Source: Spirochaetota bacterium (GTDB lineage Bacteria > Spirochaetota > UBA4802 > UBA5550). Taken from it: a stretch of DNA of 64,000 nucleotides. The position numbers and the translations under genes were made by a program. The notes below the pieces were generated by a model, which saw only the letters and a list, made by a program, of their open reading frames with translations, made no database searches and was not told the origin of the DNA. How positions within the stretch are numbered: the stretch's first letter is position 1; each line of letters opens with the position of its first letter. The stretch is taken from positions 1 to 64,000 of the forward strand of contig JBNKTL010000015.1 in the NCBI GenBank assembly GCA_050298055.1, written 5' to 3'. This document shows, piece after piece, positions 21,442 to 30,493 of this stretch.

Positions 21442-22014
21442 ATGTACTATTTACTGGATATCACAAGCCGCCCGCGGCGCATAATTGGCGACACACCATT
21501 TATCGATGAGGTATGCTGGTGGGAGGGAGCGGTCATTACCGAGTCCATACCCGATCCGCTCCCTTTTGAGCTTGACCCATACGAGCCTGATTCTCCCGAT
21601 GAAGACCAGTACATGGCTGTATTCATTGAGACTGATCCTCCTCTCTGGCGGGATGACTTCATCCAGGCCCTTCGGGACTGCGGGGTCAAGAATTTTGACG
21701 TCTACAATGCGGCCGTCACCGATCCCGACGACGGCACCATTCATACTAACTACAAGGCGGTGAATATCCTGGGACTTGTTGACGAGGCTGATATGGAGAA
21801 ATCTATCGCAGCGGCCAATGACGGGATACCCCTGACCGATGTGGATTTTAACGGGCCGGTGGTGGATGAGAAAAAAACTGAAAAGATCCGGATGTTCCGG
21901 CTGGCGGAATCCACCGACTCCATCCTGGTGCATGAAAAATTACGCGACGCTTTGGTGGAAAAGGGTTTCGGCACCGACCTGGCTTTTTATGACCTGGATG
22001 ATGCGGCTCTTTAA
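21442..22014 (+). CDS. Imm11/DUF1629-like immunity protein (paralogue 1)
   Basis: MYY start after AGGAG; ALRDCGVKNF, YKAVNILGLV, MFRLAES..ILVHEKL. Confidence 0.8.
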   Translation: MYYLLDITSRPRRIIGDTPFIDEVCWWEGAVITESIPDPLPFELDPYEPDSPDEDQYMAVFIETDPPLWRDDFIQALRDCGVKNFDVYNAAVTDPDDGTIHTNYKAVNILGLVDEADMEKSIAAANDGIPLTDVDFNGPVVDEKKTEKIRMFRLAESTDSILVHEKLRDALVEKGFGTDLAFYDLDDAAL

Positions 22015-22087
22015 CGAAAAATCCTTTACCGGCGTGAAGCTTATTGAAGCCGGTAAATGGGACAGCTTTGCCGGGCGGAAAAAGAGT
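22006..22087 (+). pseudogene. 3' remnant of an Imm11-like gene (copy 2)
   Basis: Translates LFNEKSFTGVKLIEAGKWDSFAGRKK; imperfect direct repeat of 21254-21335. Confidence 0.55.
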
Positions 22088-22182
22088 GATCACCGGTTGT
22101 GCGAAGGGTTTTTCTGTTGACAGAAAGCCCTTTACCGGTGCCGGTAATTTAAATCTATTTCTGATAATCGGAGGATCAGGCA

Positions 22183-22746
22183 ATGTTCTACATACTTGAG
22201 CCTGAAAAGGTGCCGGGAAAAACCCCGCATGCATCACTTACCCGGGAACGGGGAGTTCTTGCTTCTTTTTGGGTCCGGGGCCGTCAGGTTGACCCGTCGG
22301 AGCTGAAGTTGCCCCTGGAGATATCGTGTGAGAAGTACTGTGTAAATTATCCGGATCTCATGGACGTGGGGCTGGCTGCAGCCTGTTCTCCCCGCTTCAA
22401 AAAAGTCATAGAGGAGTCGGTTGCGGATAATATACAATTTTTCCCCGTGCTGATCCAAGATGGATCGGGAAATGTCCGGGACGATTATTTTCTTTTTAAC
22501 GTCATCGGGCGGGTAAGTGTAGTGGATATGGATGCCTCCGACTACACTGACTTTGAGGGAGAAATCTTTCGCCTGAACTCCCTGGCTCTTCGCATAGACA
22601 TTCCCCATCTGGATATGTTAAGAGTTGACGAATACGACGAACTCATCATTGTTTCGGAGCGGATTCGCCATCACCTGGAGGCGGCAGCTTTGACCGGTGT
22701 GCGTTTGGTCCCGGCTGAGGGATGGAACGATCATCACCGGTTTTAG
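22183..22746 (+). CDS. Imm11/DUF1629-like immunity protein (paralogue 2)
   Basis: YPDLM, DNIQFFPV, YFLFNVIG, MLRVDE...IIVSERI; GGAGG RBS. Confidence 0.8.
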   Translation: MFYILEPEKVPGKTPHASLTRERGVLASFWVRGRQVDPSELKLPLEISCEKYCVNYPDLMDVGLAAACSPRFKKVIEESVADNIQFFPVLIQDGSGNVRDDYFLFNVIGRVSVVDMDASDYTDFEGEIFRLNSLALRIDIPHLDMLRVDEYDELIIVSERIRHHLEAAALTGVRLVPAEGWNDHHRF

Positions 22747-23086
22747 CCAACACGTCTCAGTTGCCAGGACTTTACTGCAGCCTGAAGAAGGCGATGCGGT
22801 GTTGTCTATTAACAAAAGTTGTCCCGGTGCAAATCGAATCACTGTTGACAGAAATAATCTGGAATATAATGATTAATGAAAATTTTTCTTGAAAATACCT
22901 GGCTTTAAAATTACGGTATTTTGATGAGGCATCTAAGATGCTTTTATGAGCATCAGATTTAAGCGCCGTATGGCAGCTTCAGGGAAAATTACAGGTGTCA
23001 CTATTCAACACTGAAAATCCGGGATAGTTTGGGTTTTATTCCACAGGCAAAGCCGGATCTTCGTATGCACAAAAGGAGAAAATAAA

Positions 23087-23386
23087 ATGAAAATATTGGA
23101 ATCCTGGGAGTTTGCTGAAATCCACAACGCCTTCAGAGCTAAGCTGAGAAAATTAACCGATGATTTCGAAGAGGCGATAGACGAAAGCGACAGAGACGCA
23201 CTGCCGGACTTCATTACCCGGGCAAATGAGCTGATCGAGGAATACCACAGAACAGCTGAAGATTTAGCGCAATATGGCACCGGCATTAAAAAGACGCAGT
23301 TTCTGGAAAACCATGAAGAAGATATTGATTATCTCAAAGATCAGATTGGGCAGGCAAAAGAAAAGCTGGAGCAAGCTGCCGGGTAA
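23087..23386 (+). CDS. Hypothetical acidic helical protein (99 aa) inside the island
   Basis: AAGGAG RBS; clean ORF; no recognisable family. Confidence 0.65.
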   Translation: MKILESWEFAEIHNAFRAKLRKLTDDFEEAIDESDRDALPDFITRANELIEEYHRTAEDLAQYGTGIKKTQFLENHEEDIDYLKDQIGQAKEKLEQAAG

Positions 23387-23531
23387 CGGACATATACAAT
23401 GACCCGGCAGTGAGGTGTGTTAACTCTCCTCGCTGCTTATGACAAAGAGATATCCTGATTGTCAGAAGAGACGCATGCAGCTCCTGAAAACAGGATCTGT
23501 TTTGAAGCTGAGCAAATCATATGGGGACGCA

Positions 23532-24089
23532 ATGTACTATTTTCTTAACTGCTTTGGACCGCGCGATCGTGATCGTGCCAGCCTCACCAATATTCCGCAG
23601 TTTGACGGCGTATACTGGAATATGGGCGAGAGGATCACTCAGGAGTTACCTTGCCCGATTCATATTGACCTTTATACCGATGAAGGTGATGCAATGGTGC
23701 CGATGTTTCACGCCGGTATTCTGCTGATGGAAAAGAAGATGGTGGAAGCGATCGTGGGTGCCGGGGTGGATAACTTGCAGCTATTCACTGCAATTCTGCA
23801 TGACAGGGAAAACGGCATAGATTACGATCATTATTACGCAGTCAATATTGTTGGCCTGGTTGCCTGTGTCGATTTTGATCAATCCGATTACACTGCTCAC
23901 GGTGAACCGCTGATCGATGTGGATTTCGATGGATTGACCATTGACGAATCCAGAACTCATGAAAAGTATATATTTCGTCTGGCGGAAAGTGTCTCCGGTA
24001 TAGTGGTGCATGAAAAGATAAAATCTGCCCTTGAATCAGCCAGGATTCCATATTTAGATTTTATTCTACCGGAAGATTGGATTGGATGA
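23532..24089 (+). CDS. Imm11/DUF1629-like immunity protein (paralogue 3)
   Basis: MYY start; AGVDNLQLF, YYAVNIVGLV, IFRLAES..IVVHEKIK. Confidence 0.82.
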   Translation: MYYFLNCFGPRDRDRASLTNIPQFDGVYWNMGERITQELPCPIHIDLYTDEGDAMVPMFHAGILLMEKKMVEAIVGAGVDNLQLFTAILHDRENGIDYDHYYAVNIVGLVACVDFDQSDYTAHGEPLIDVDFDGLTIDESRTHEKYIFRLAESVSGIVVHEKIKSALESARIPYLDFILPEDWIG

Positions 24090-24205
24090 GATCATTCAGG
24101 CTATGACGAATCCGATCCGGATTTGGTTGATTGGTGATAAGAGAATGCACTTGCCCGGGCTCATGCTGGGGGAGTGTCCGATCTGTTGTTTTCACCAGGT
24201 ATTGT

Positions 24206-24802
24206 TTAAATCCTCTGGTTTTTACCGAAATTGTCGCTATTTTTATCTCTAACGCTTAACAATATCCCCCACCCCTTTGATGGGGCCGTTGAGATCAAAT
24301 GGTCTATAATCCTTTGATGCGCAATCAACTCTAAAGGATTTTCAGCTAACCTGAAGAGGAGGAAACCTCTGGCTTTTTCCGGGTCAATAACTATATTTTG
24401 AAACCCGGCGAATGGAAGACCGCCGGGCCGTTCTCCAATTTCAATATACTCGGATTCTGAAAGGTCAGCTGCAGATACCTTACCTATAACATTGATAGCA
24501 AAGTAGTCCTTCCACTTTATGTTGCCATCAATGTCTTCCACTACGGCAGGAAAGGCTTGTATATTATCGACTCCCGCCAATCGGAACTCATTCAAAAGCG
24601 CCTTCGACCAGACAGGTAGAGATGCTCTACCCATATATTCGCGGGGTAGATTATCATCGTCACAGTTGCTCCGAAAAAGCAAGGGGGCATCCGGTTGCCA
24701 GTTGATGAAAGCACCTCGCATGAAAGAGATGTCGTTAGGGAATTTTGGATCACCAATGATTCCCCTTTCGTTAAATGGATCGGCTTCAATTGAGTAGTAC
24801 AT
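24206..24802 (-). CDS. Imm11/DUF1629-like immunity protein (paralogue 4)
   Basis: AGVDNIQAFPA, YFAINVIG, LFRLAENP, GWGI. Confidence 0.82.
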   Translation of the reverse strand: MYYSIEADPFNERGIIGDPKFPNDISFMRGAFINWQPDAPLLFRSNCDDDNLPREYMGRASLPVWSKALLNEFRLAGVDNIQAFPAVVEDIDGNIKWKDYFAINVIGKVSAADLSESEYIEIGERPGGLPFAGFQNIVIDPEKARGFLLFRLAENPLELIAHQRIIDHLISTAPSKGWGILLSVRDKNSDNFGKNQRI

Positions 24803-24918
24803 TGCACACCCTGTTATTTATACTGGAAAAGATCTCTTGCCTTGTTATGATTATCCTATTCCAGTATTGCATACTGATCTGCTTCATAATCGGATCCACT
24901 CAGGATGATCATTAAACT

Positions 24919-25476
24919 TTATTCGGACAATGAGCGAAAGCTCAGGTATTTGAAATCCCTGCTGTCCAGATGTTCCTTTATTTTTTCATGAACAATAATT
25001 GAGGATACGGATTCGGCAAGCCGGAAGATGTATAATCCCTGAGTTTTGGAAGCATCAATGACAAGCTTTCGAAAAGCAACGGCAAATGTTCCCGTTCCGG
25101 TCATATCGGTGTATTCGGATTTATCCATGTCTGCACATTTTACCAGTCCGATAATATTTACCGCAAAATATTCCCTGTCGACGGGGTTTCCGTCTCTCTC
25201 AGTAATTTCAGCGGGAAAAACCTGCAGATTATCCACCCCGGTTTCCTTCAACGCCTCCACCAGTTCTTTGCTGAAAAGCGGAATTGAGTCCAGCAGTATT
25301 TCTGCCAGGCCCCGTCCGCCATTCTGCCAGAATTCAACAGTGATTGGCTCCTCATTTTTTCCCATTTCCTGACCTGTTATCCAGCGGGATGCTTTAAACA
25401 TAAACTCGCTTACAAGAGAACTCGTTCTGTATGCGATTGGCTTAACAGAATAATCTGTTTCTAATAAATAATACAT
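24919..25476 (-). CDS. Imm11/DUF1629-like immunity protein (paralogue 5)
   Basis: MYY start after AAGGAG; PLFSK.L, GVDNLQVFPA, YFAVNIIGLV, IFRLAES..IIVHEKIK. Confidence 0.82.
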   Translation of the reverse strand: MYYLLETDYSVKPIAYRTSSLVSEFMFKASRWITGQEMGKNEEPITVEFWQNGGRGLAEILLDSIPLFSKELVEALKETGVDNLQVFPAEITERDGNPVDREYFAVNIIGLVKCADMDKSEYTDMTGTGTFAVAFRKLVIDASKTQGLYIFRLAESVSSIIVHEKIKEHLDSRDFKYLSFRSLSE

Positions 25477-25538
25477 GTGGCCGACTCCTTTACTATTATA
25501 TTTTGCTCTTCCGCCATTCAAAAGATTGCCATACCATT

Positions 25539-26102
25539 TCAAAAACCATCATAGTCACGGGTATTGCGAAGGCGTATCCCTTCAAGACCGGCAGACTCTA
25601 TGGCTTCCTTAATGGTTTCATCAATGATGATTAACATCTGTTCCCCATGTGGGCGGAAAATCTTTGCTCCATCCGTTTTTTTCGGGTCAATTACCAGTGA
25701 TTCCCAATCATACTCCTCCAGGTAGTCATCATATTCTCCGATACTCTCTTCCTCATCGATGCAGTCCATCAAACCGATTATGTTGGCCAGCCAGTACTTC
25801 ATGCCGGCTCTGCTTCCTGTTTCCTGATCGATCATGTCCACCTCATAGTACTGGATGTTGTCAACCCCAAGTTGATCAAGTAAGGTTTTGAGCCTGTCTG
25901 AAAACAGCGGAAGCAGGAAAGTGACGGCATCGGGGAAAACGATGCCCTTAACCGTCTTGATCTCTATTGTTACGGGGATGTGGGAAATTTCTTTCTCACT
26001 TCCCGTGAGGAATTCCAGGGCATCCAGGTTTCCGGGCACTTTCTTGATCACAGGCATATCTGTGCGCTGTGTGTCCTGTTCTAAAATATAGTATTCCGGC
26101 AT
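25539..26102 (-). CDS. Imm11/DUF1629-like immunity protein (paralogue 6)
   Basis: FPD...PLFSDRLK, GVDNIQYY, YWLANIIG, IFR...IIIDE.IK. Confidence 0.82.
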   Translation of the reverse strand: MPEYYILEQDTQRTDMPVIKKVPGNLDALEFLTGSEKEISHIPVTIEIKTVKGIVFPDAVTFLLPLFSDRLKTLLDQLGVDNIQYYEVDMIDQETGSRAGMKYWLANIIGLMDCIDEEESIGEYDDYLEEYDWESLVIDPKKTDGAKIFRPHGEQMLIIIDETIKEAIESAGLEGIRLRNTRDYDGF

Positions 26103-26185
26103 TATGCTGTTCTCCTTGAAAATTTTTAAGGCGGCAGCGGATACTTAAAACGGTACGCCTGCCGCCTTACTCCCCGCACTCCCTT

Positions 26186-26770
26186 TTAAACAACATCCAC
26201 TTCTTCTACGACTATTCCCCATCCGCCTTCTGGTCTGTATTTTATCAGGGCATTGTCGATGCGCTCGCTGATAATGATGCGCATGGGTTGTTCGGCGAGC
26301 CGGAACATGTCTATATCACCCACCTGATCGCCATTGATGGCCAGCGACTTAAAAGCGAGCAGCGGCAGCGGTGCATGAATCCCCTCCGGGTCGCCGCCCA
26401 TCAATGTATCGTACTTCGATGCCTCCAGATTGGCGACCTTCATCAACCCAAGAACATTGAACAGAAAATAGTCATCCCGTTTTTCACCGGTTTCCGGATT
26501 GATTAATTGCGCGGGAAATGCCTGAAAGTTATCGACTCCAATCTTTTTAAGCAGGTCGATGAGTGATTTGCTGGCAAGCACCGTACCCCCGGTGAGGAAA
26601 TGCGGCATTGGTTCGCCCACGGGAAAGTCGTGCTCGAAAACCAGCGGTGGTAACTTGGTGGGGTCTATCATGCTGCCCGACGTTACGCTCTGCTCATATC
26701 CCAGCTTTGGCGCCTTTCTGAGGCCGTAATTCACGTAATTACTGGATCTCATTTTGAAATATTTCTTCAT
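26186..26770 (-). CDS. Imm11/DUF1629-like immunity protein (paralogue 7)
   Basis: GVDNFQAFPA, YFLFNVLG, MFRLAEQP..IIISERI, GGWGI. Confidence 0.82.
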   Translation of the reverse strand: MKKYFKMRSSNYVNYGLRKAPKLGYEQSVTSGSMIDPTKLPPLVFEHDFPVGEPMPHFLTGGTVLASKSLIDLLKKIGVDNFQAFPAQLINPETGEKRDDYFLFNVLGLMKVANLEASKYDTLMGGDPEGIHAPLPLLAFKSLAINGDQVGDIDMFRLAEQPMRIIISERIDNALIKYRPEGGWGIVVEEVDVV

Positions 26771-26858
26771 CGTTCAGTTCTCTTGTGGTTGTACACCGGT
26801 TTGTGATAGTTCATCGTCTCTGCGGAAAGAAAGATCCTCCATTTGTTTACCGCAATCG

Positions 26859-27449
26859 CTAAATCATCACCCAATCTTCCGGAGCGGTAAATCCAAAGGT
26901 ATTAATACCGGCAGCCTCAATTGTGTTTTTCAATTCCTCACTCACAAGCGTTGTCATCACATTTTCCGCCAGGCGAAACAACTTGACACCATGAGTTTTA
27001 CTCTTATCAACGGTAAAACCGTTAATGCCGCTATTAATCAAAAGCGCACCATCATTGTTTTTAATCTTTGATTGACTAAAGTCAACAGCACTTATTAAAC
27101 CAAGAATATTAAAGGCAAACCAATCGTACTTCTCCTCGGTGCCTCTGTAGCTAATCACAGCCGGATAGTAGTGAATATTATCAACACCTGAACTTTCAAG
27201 CAATTTTTTCAGACGGGGCGACATCAATGAAATTGCATCGTCGTAATAATCCGGCGGAGGCCCGGAATATCCAAAATGCGGCGTTGCTTCGATTAAAATC
27301 GTTTTTGCCGGCGGGTCCTCCAGTGCAGCTCCCGTATGCCAGCCGCAGCGGGGGTTGGTGATTAATTCCTCATGTATTTCTAAAAACGGGGCATCATCTT
27401 CATCTTCATCAATGCCGGGATTATCCAAATCATTGATCACATAATACAT
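26859..27449 (-). CDS. Imm11/DUF1629-like immunity protein (paralogue 8)
   Basis: PPDYY, LMSPRLK, GVDNIHYYPA, FAFNILGLI, LFRLAEN...LVSEELK. Confidence 0.82.
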   Translation of the reverse strand: MYYVINDLDNPGIDEDEDDAPFLEIHEELITNPRCGWHTGAALEDPPAKTILIEATPHFGYSGPPPDYYDDAISLMSPRLKKLLESSGVDNIHYYPAVISYRGTEEKYDWFAFNILGLISAVDFSQSKIKNNDGALLINSGINGFTVDKSKTHGVKLFRLAENVMTTLVSEELKNTIEAAGINTFGFTAPEDWVMI

Positions 27450-27592
27450 ATAAAAACTCCTGGGGAGATAATTCTCATATTCGGCTGGAAGTATAAAAAC
27501 CGAGGATGAATCGTTTTTCTTGAGGGTGAAGCCGTCATGCTTTTTATTCTTGAGATATTTTTGAACAGGAAACGTCTCTCAGTTGAGCCGTT

Positions 27593-28168
27593 CTAAATAC
27601 CATATCCATCGTAGTTCCTTGTGTTTTCCAAAACCACACCCTTTAATCCGGCATCAGCCAGGGCTGTGTAAACCCTTTCGCTGAGAATGATTAGACTTCC
27701 ATCCTCATGGAGACGGAAAATCTCGGCGCCCATGGTACGTTGTTCGTCTATGGTGAAAGACTTAAAATCGAAACCATCACCGAACACGTCTTCCTCGACG
27801 TCAGAATGTTCTACATCCAGGCAGCTTATGCGGCCGATGATATTGGCCAACCAGTAGTCTGTATTGATGGTTTCTGATTTGGCATCCATTAACGCAACCG
27901 GGAAGTATTGAATATTCTGGATACCGCAGGCATCCAGGCATTTTTTCACTTTGTTGGAAAACAGAGTGAACAGACTGTTAAATACATCCGGGTAAAAATC
28001 CCCGCCGGTTGGAGTCAGTGCGATATTAATAGAACCGGGAGCTGGCGAGAGAATCTCGCCGCTGAGCAGTGTGACTGGATCCAATTCAATATCAGAATTA
28101 ACCTTGCCCAGGACCGCCGAATTTTCGAGAGTAACTATTCTCTGGTTTATAAAGTAATATTCAGTCAT
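27593..28168 (-). CDS. Imm11/DUF1629-like immunity protein (paralogue 9)
   Basis: YPDVF, GIQNIQYFPV, YWLANIIG, IFRLHE...IILSERV. Confidence 0.82.
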   Translation of the reverse strand: MTEYYFINQRIVTLENSAVLGKVNSDIELDPVTLLSGEILSPAPGSINIALTPTGGDFYPDVFNSLFTLFSNKVKKCLDACGIQNIQYFPVALMDAKSETINTDYWLANIIGRISCLDVEHSDVEEDVFGDGFDFKSFTIDEQRTMGAEIFRLHEDGSLIILSERVYTALADAGLKGVVLENTRNYDGYGI

Positions 28169-28213
28169 ATCAATTAGCCTTTTTTGATTTTTTTCTGCAT
28201 AATCCAGAGCGCT

Positions 28214-28775
28214 TCAAAAGCCGTCATAATCACGTGTGTTACGAAGGCGTAAGCCTTCAAGATTGGCGGACTCGATGGCGTTCTTAATGGTTTCATCAAT
28301 AATGATGAGCATCTGCTCGTCAGTGAGCCGGAATATCTTTACTCCATCCGTTTTCTGCGGGTCAATTACGAATGATTTCCAATCATACGTTTCAAGTATT
28401 TTGTTATATTTACCGTCACTCTGCTCCTTATCGATGCAATCGATCAAACCGATTATGTTGGCCAGCCAGTACTTAATGCCGACTTTGCTTTTTGTTTCAT
28501 GATTGATCATATCGACTTCATAGTATTGGATGTTTTCTACTCCCTGTTGATCAAGGATCGCTTTGAGTTTGTCTGAAAACAACGGAAGCATGAAAGTGAT
28601 GGCATCAGGAAAAACGACTCCGTTAACCGTCTTGATTTCTATTGGTACGGGGGTGTGGGCAATTTCTTTCTCACTTCCAGTGAGGAATTCCAGGGCATCC
28701 AGGTCCCCGGGAACTTTTCTGACCACAGGCATATCCGTGCGGGGTATCCTGCTCCAGGATAAAATATTCCGCCAC
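28214..28775 (-). pseudogene. Imm11/DUF1629-like immunity protein (paralogue 10), frameshifted near codon 12
   Basis: The GTG at 28775 follows AAGGAG and reads VAEYFILEQDT, like paralogue 6 (MPEYYILEQDT), but lies 43 nt rather than 45 nt before the shared ATG at 28732. A net 2-nt loss falls at a C-run. The rest (28214-28732) is an intact ORF. Confidence 0.7.
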
Positions 28776-28852
28776 TATCTGTTCTCCTTGTATATTTTCA
28801 GGGGGCGGGTATGTAAAACGCTACGTTTCCGGATTACTCCCCGCGCTCTCTT

Positions 28853-29434
28853 TTAGACAACATCAACTTCTTCCACGATGATTCCCCATCCACCCTCCGG
28901 CCGGTATTTCACCAGGGCATCGTCAATGCGCTCGCTGATTATGATAGTAATGGGCTCCTCGGCGAGCCGGAACATGTCAGCATCACCCACCTGATTTCTA
29001 TTGATGGTAAGTTTTTTGAAAGCAACCAGGGGCGCATCAATGCCCTCCGGGTTGCCGTCCATCAATCCATCGTACTCTGATTTCTCCAGGTTGGCAACCT
29101 TCATAAGTCCAATTACATTGAACAGAAAATAGTCATCCCGCTTTTCACCGGTTTCCGGGTTGACTAATTGCGCCGGAAAGGCCTGGAAGTTATTGACGCC
29201 AATCCTGGTGAGCAGGTCAATGAGCGTTTTGCTGGCGAGTACCGTGCCCCCCGTCAGGAAATGCGGCATTGGTTCACCCCGGGGAAAGTCGTGCTCGAAA
29301 ATGAGCGGCGGCAATTTTGTGGGGTCTATCATGCTGCCCGACATTTCGCTCTGCTCATCGTCTATTTCCGGCACCTTTGTAAGGCCGTAATCTACGTAGT
29401 TATCGTCTTCCAGTTTAAAATATTTTTTCATCAT
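28853..29434 (-). CDS. Imm11/DUF1629-like immunity protein (paralogue 11)
   Basis: Close paralogue of 26186-26770 (shared GSMIDPTKLPPL.FEHDFP.GEPMPHFLTGGTVLASK, KYRPEGGWGI.VEEVDVV). Confidence 0.82.
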   Translation of the reverse strand: MMKKYFKLEDDNYVDYGLTKVPEIDDEQSEMSGSMIDPTKLPPLIFEHDFPRGEPMPHFLTGGTVLASKTLIDLLTRIGVNNFQAFPAQLVNPETGEKRDDYFLFNVIGLMKVANLEKSEYDGLMDGNPEGIDAPLVAFKKLTINRNQVGDADMFRLAEEPITIIISERIDDALVKYRPEGGWGIIVEEVDVV

Positions 29435-29505
29435 TCTCTTACCTCGCAGGTTTCACCGTTTTTTGATAGTTCCTTGCGTATTTCGAAAGAAAGATCTTTC
29501 ATGAT

Positions 29506-30408
29506 TCATTTATCCCGGTTAAAGAGATCCCATCTCTGTGCGATCTCCTCTTTAATTGTCTCTCTTTCATCATCTGTTAAAACAGACTCAAAATGATCCA
29601 GTTCTTCGGTTCTCCATTTCATATAATATTCTTTCGAATCATTGAGCAGTTCTTTCCCATGAGCAGTTGATTCATAATCAAGAAACTCCCGGGTAATGTC
29701 TTTCAGAAAAACCGTTCTGTTTTCCTTCAGTTTTATATATCTGTCAAGACCGTTATCAAGAAATTCTTTAAACTGTTGAGTCCCTCCCTGTCCGCAGCAA
29801 CTTACATTTCTCGCAATTGCAAGACGGGAAGTTTCTTTACACCAGCCATATTTATCAATGATCTCCTTAATGTGCCATTGTTGCTCGACTTCATGATCCA
29901 GGTCGTTTGTTCTTAAGAAATTTATATAATCAGGGATCCACTTTTTATCTCGATGAACAAGACTCAGGATAGCGTATGTTCCCGCAGGAGGACCTTCGCC
30001 GTACTCATCAGCTATCCAGATTCGTGTTCCTTCTTCCCCATCATCTGTTACCCTGCAATAATCCAGGACTTTAGAGGCCAGGAAATCATGCTTTGATACA
30101 TTTTCAAAAAATTCTTTTTCCTCGAGGTTTTGAATATTTCCCTTTTCATCGCTGAATTCTATTACAAACTTCATGCTTTCCAGCCTGTTATTGTGATGAT
30201 ATATCACATCAGTTTGTTCATCAGGATAGAGTGCTTTTATTTCCTTTACAGAAGAAATCATGGCTTCAAGGATCCGTTCCAGATCACCCCCTGTTAACCA
30301 TTCATCTGATGCATCTTTATCTAAGATTTTCTTCCGGTTGATTTCTTTGCTGTCATAATCATCACCGGTGCAACCGTAGGCATTTATTAATATTTTTATT
30401 TTATTCAT
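29506..30408 (-). CDS. Hypothetical protein inside the island (possibly a second immunity family; weak resemblance to DUF6138)
   Basis: ~300-aa acidic ORF; GTYAILSL...YINFL...DLDHEV.Q...I..II.KYGW motif. Family guess is from memory only. Confidence 0.55.
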   Translation of the reverse strand: MNKIKILINAYGCTGDDYDSKEINRKKILDKDASDEWLTGGDLERILEAMISSVKEIKALYPDEQTDVIYHHNNRLESMKFVIEFSDEKGNIQNLEEKEFFENVSKHDFLASKVLDYCRVTDDGEEGTRIWIADEYGEGPPAGTYAILSLVHRDKKWIPDYINFLRTNDLDHEVEQQWHIKEIIDKYGWCKETSRLAIARNVSCCGQGGTQQFKEFLDNGLDRYIKLKENRTVFLKDITREFLDYESTAHGKELLNDSKEYYMKWRTEELDHFESVLTDDERETIKEEIAQRWDLFNRDK

Positions 30409-30493
30409 AGCAATACTATCCAATATTTGTTTTTAATAAATTCCGCTGAGTATCAACTACATAAAGCCCGCTCTGCTTTTAACATTAATGATA

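Noticed and set aside
22845..22870. TTGACA...TATAAT promoter inside the island
   Set aside because: The hexamers are perfect but the spacer is only 14 nt, outside the normal sigma70 range.
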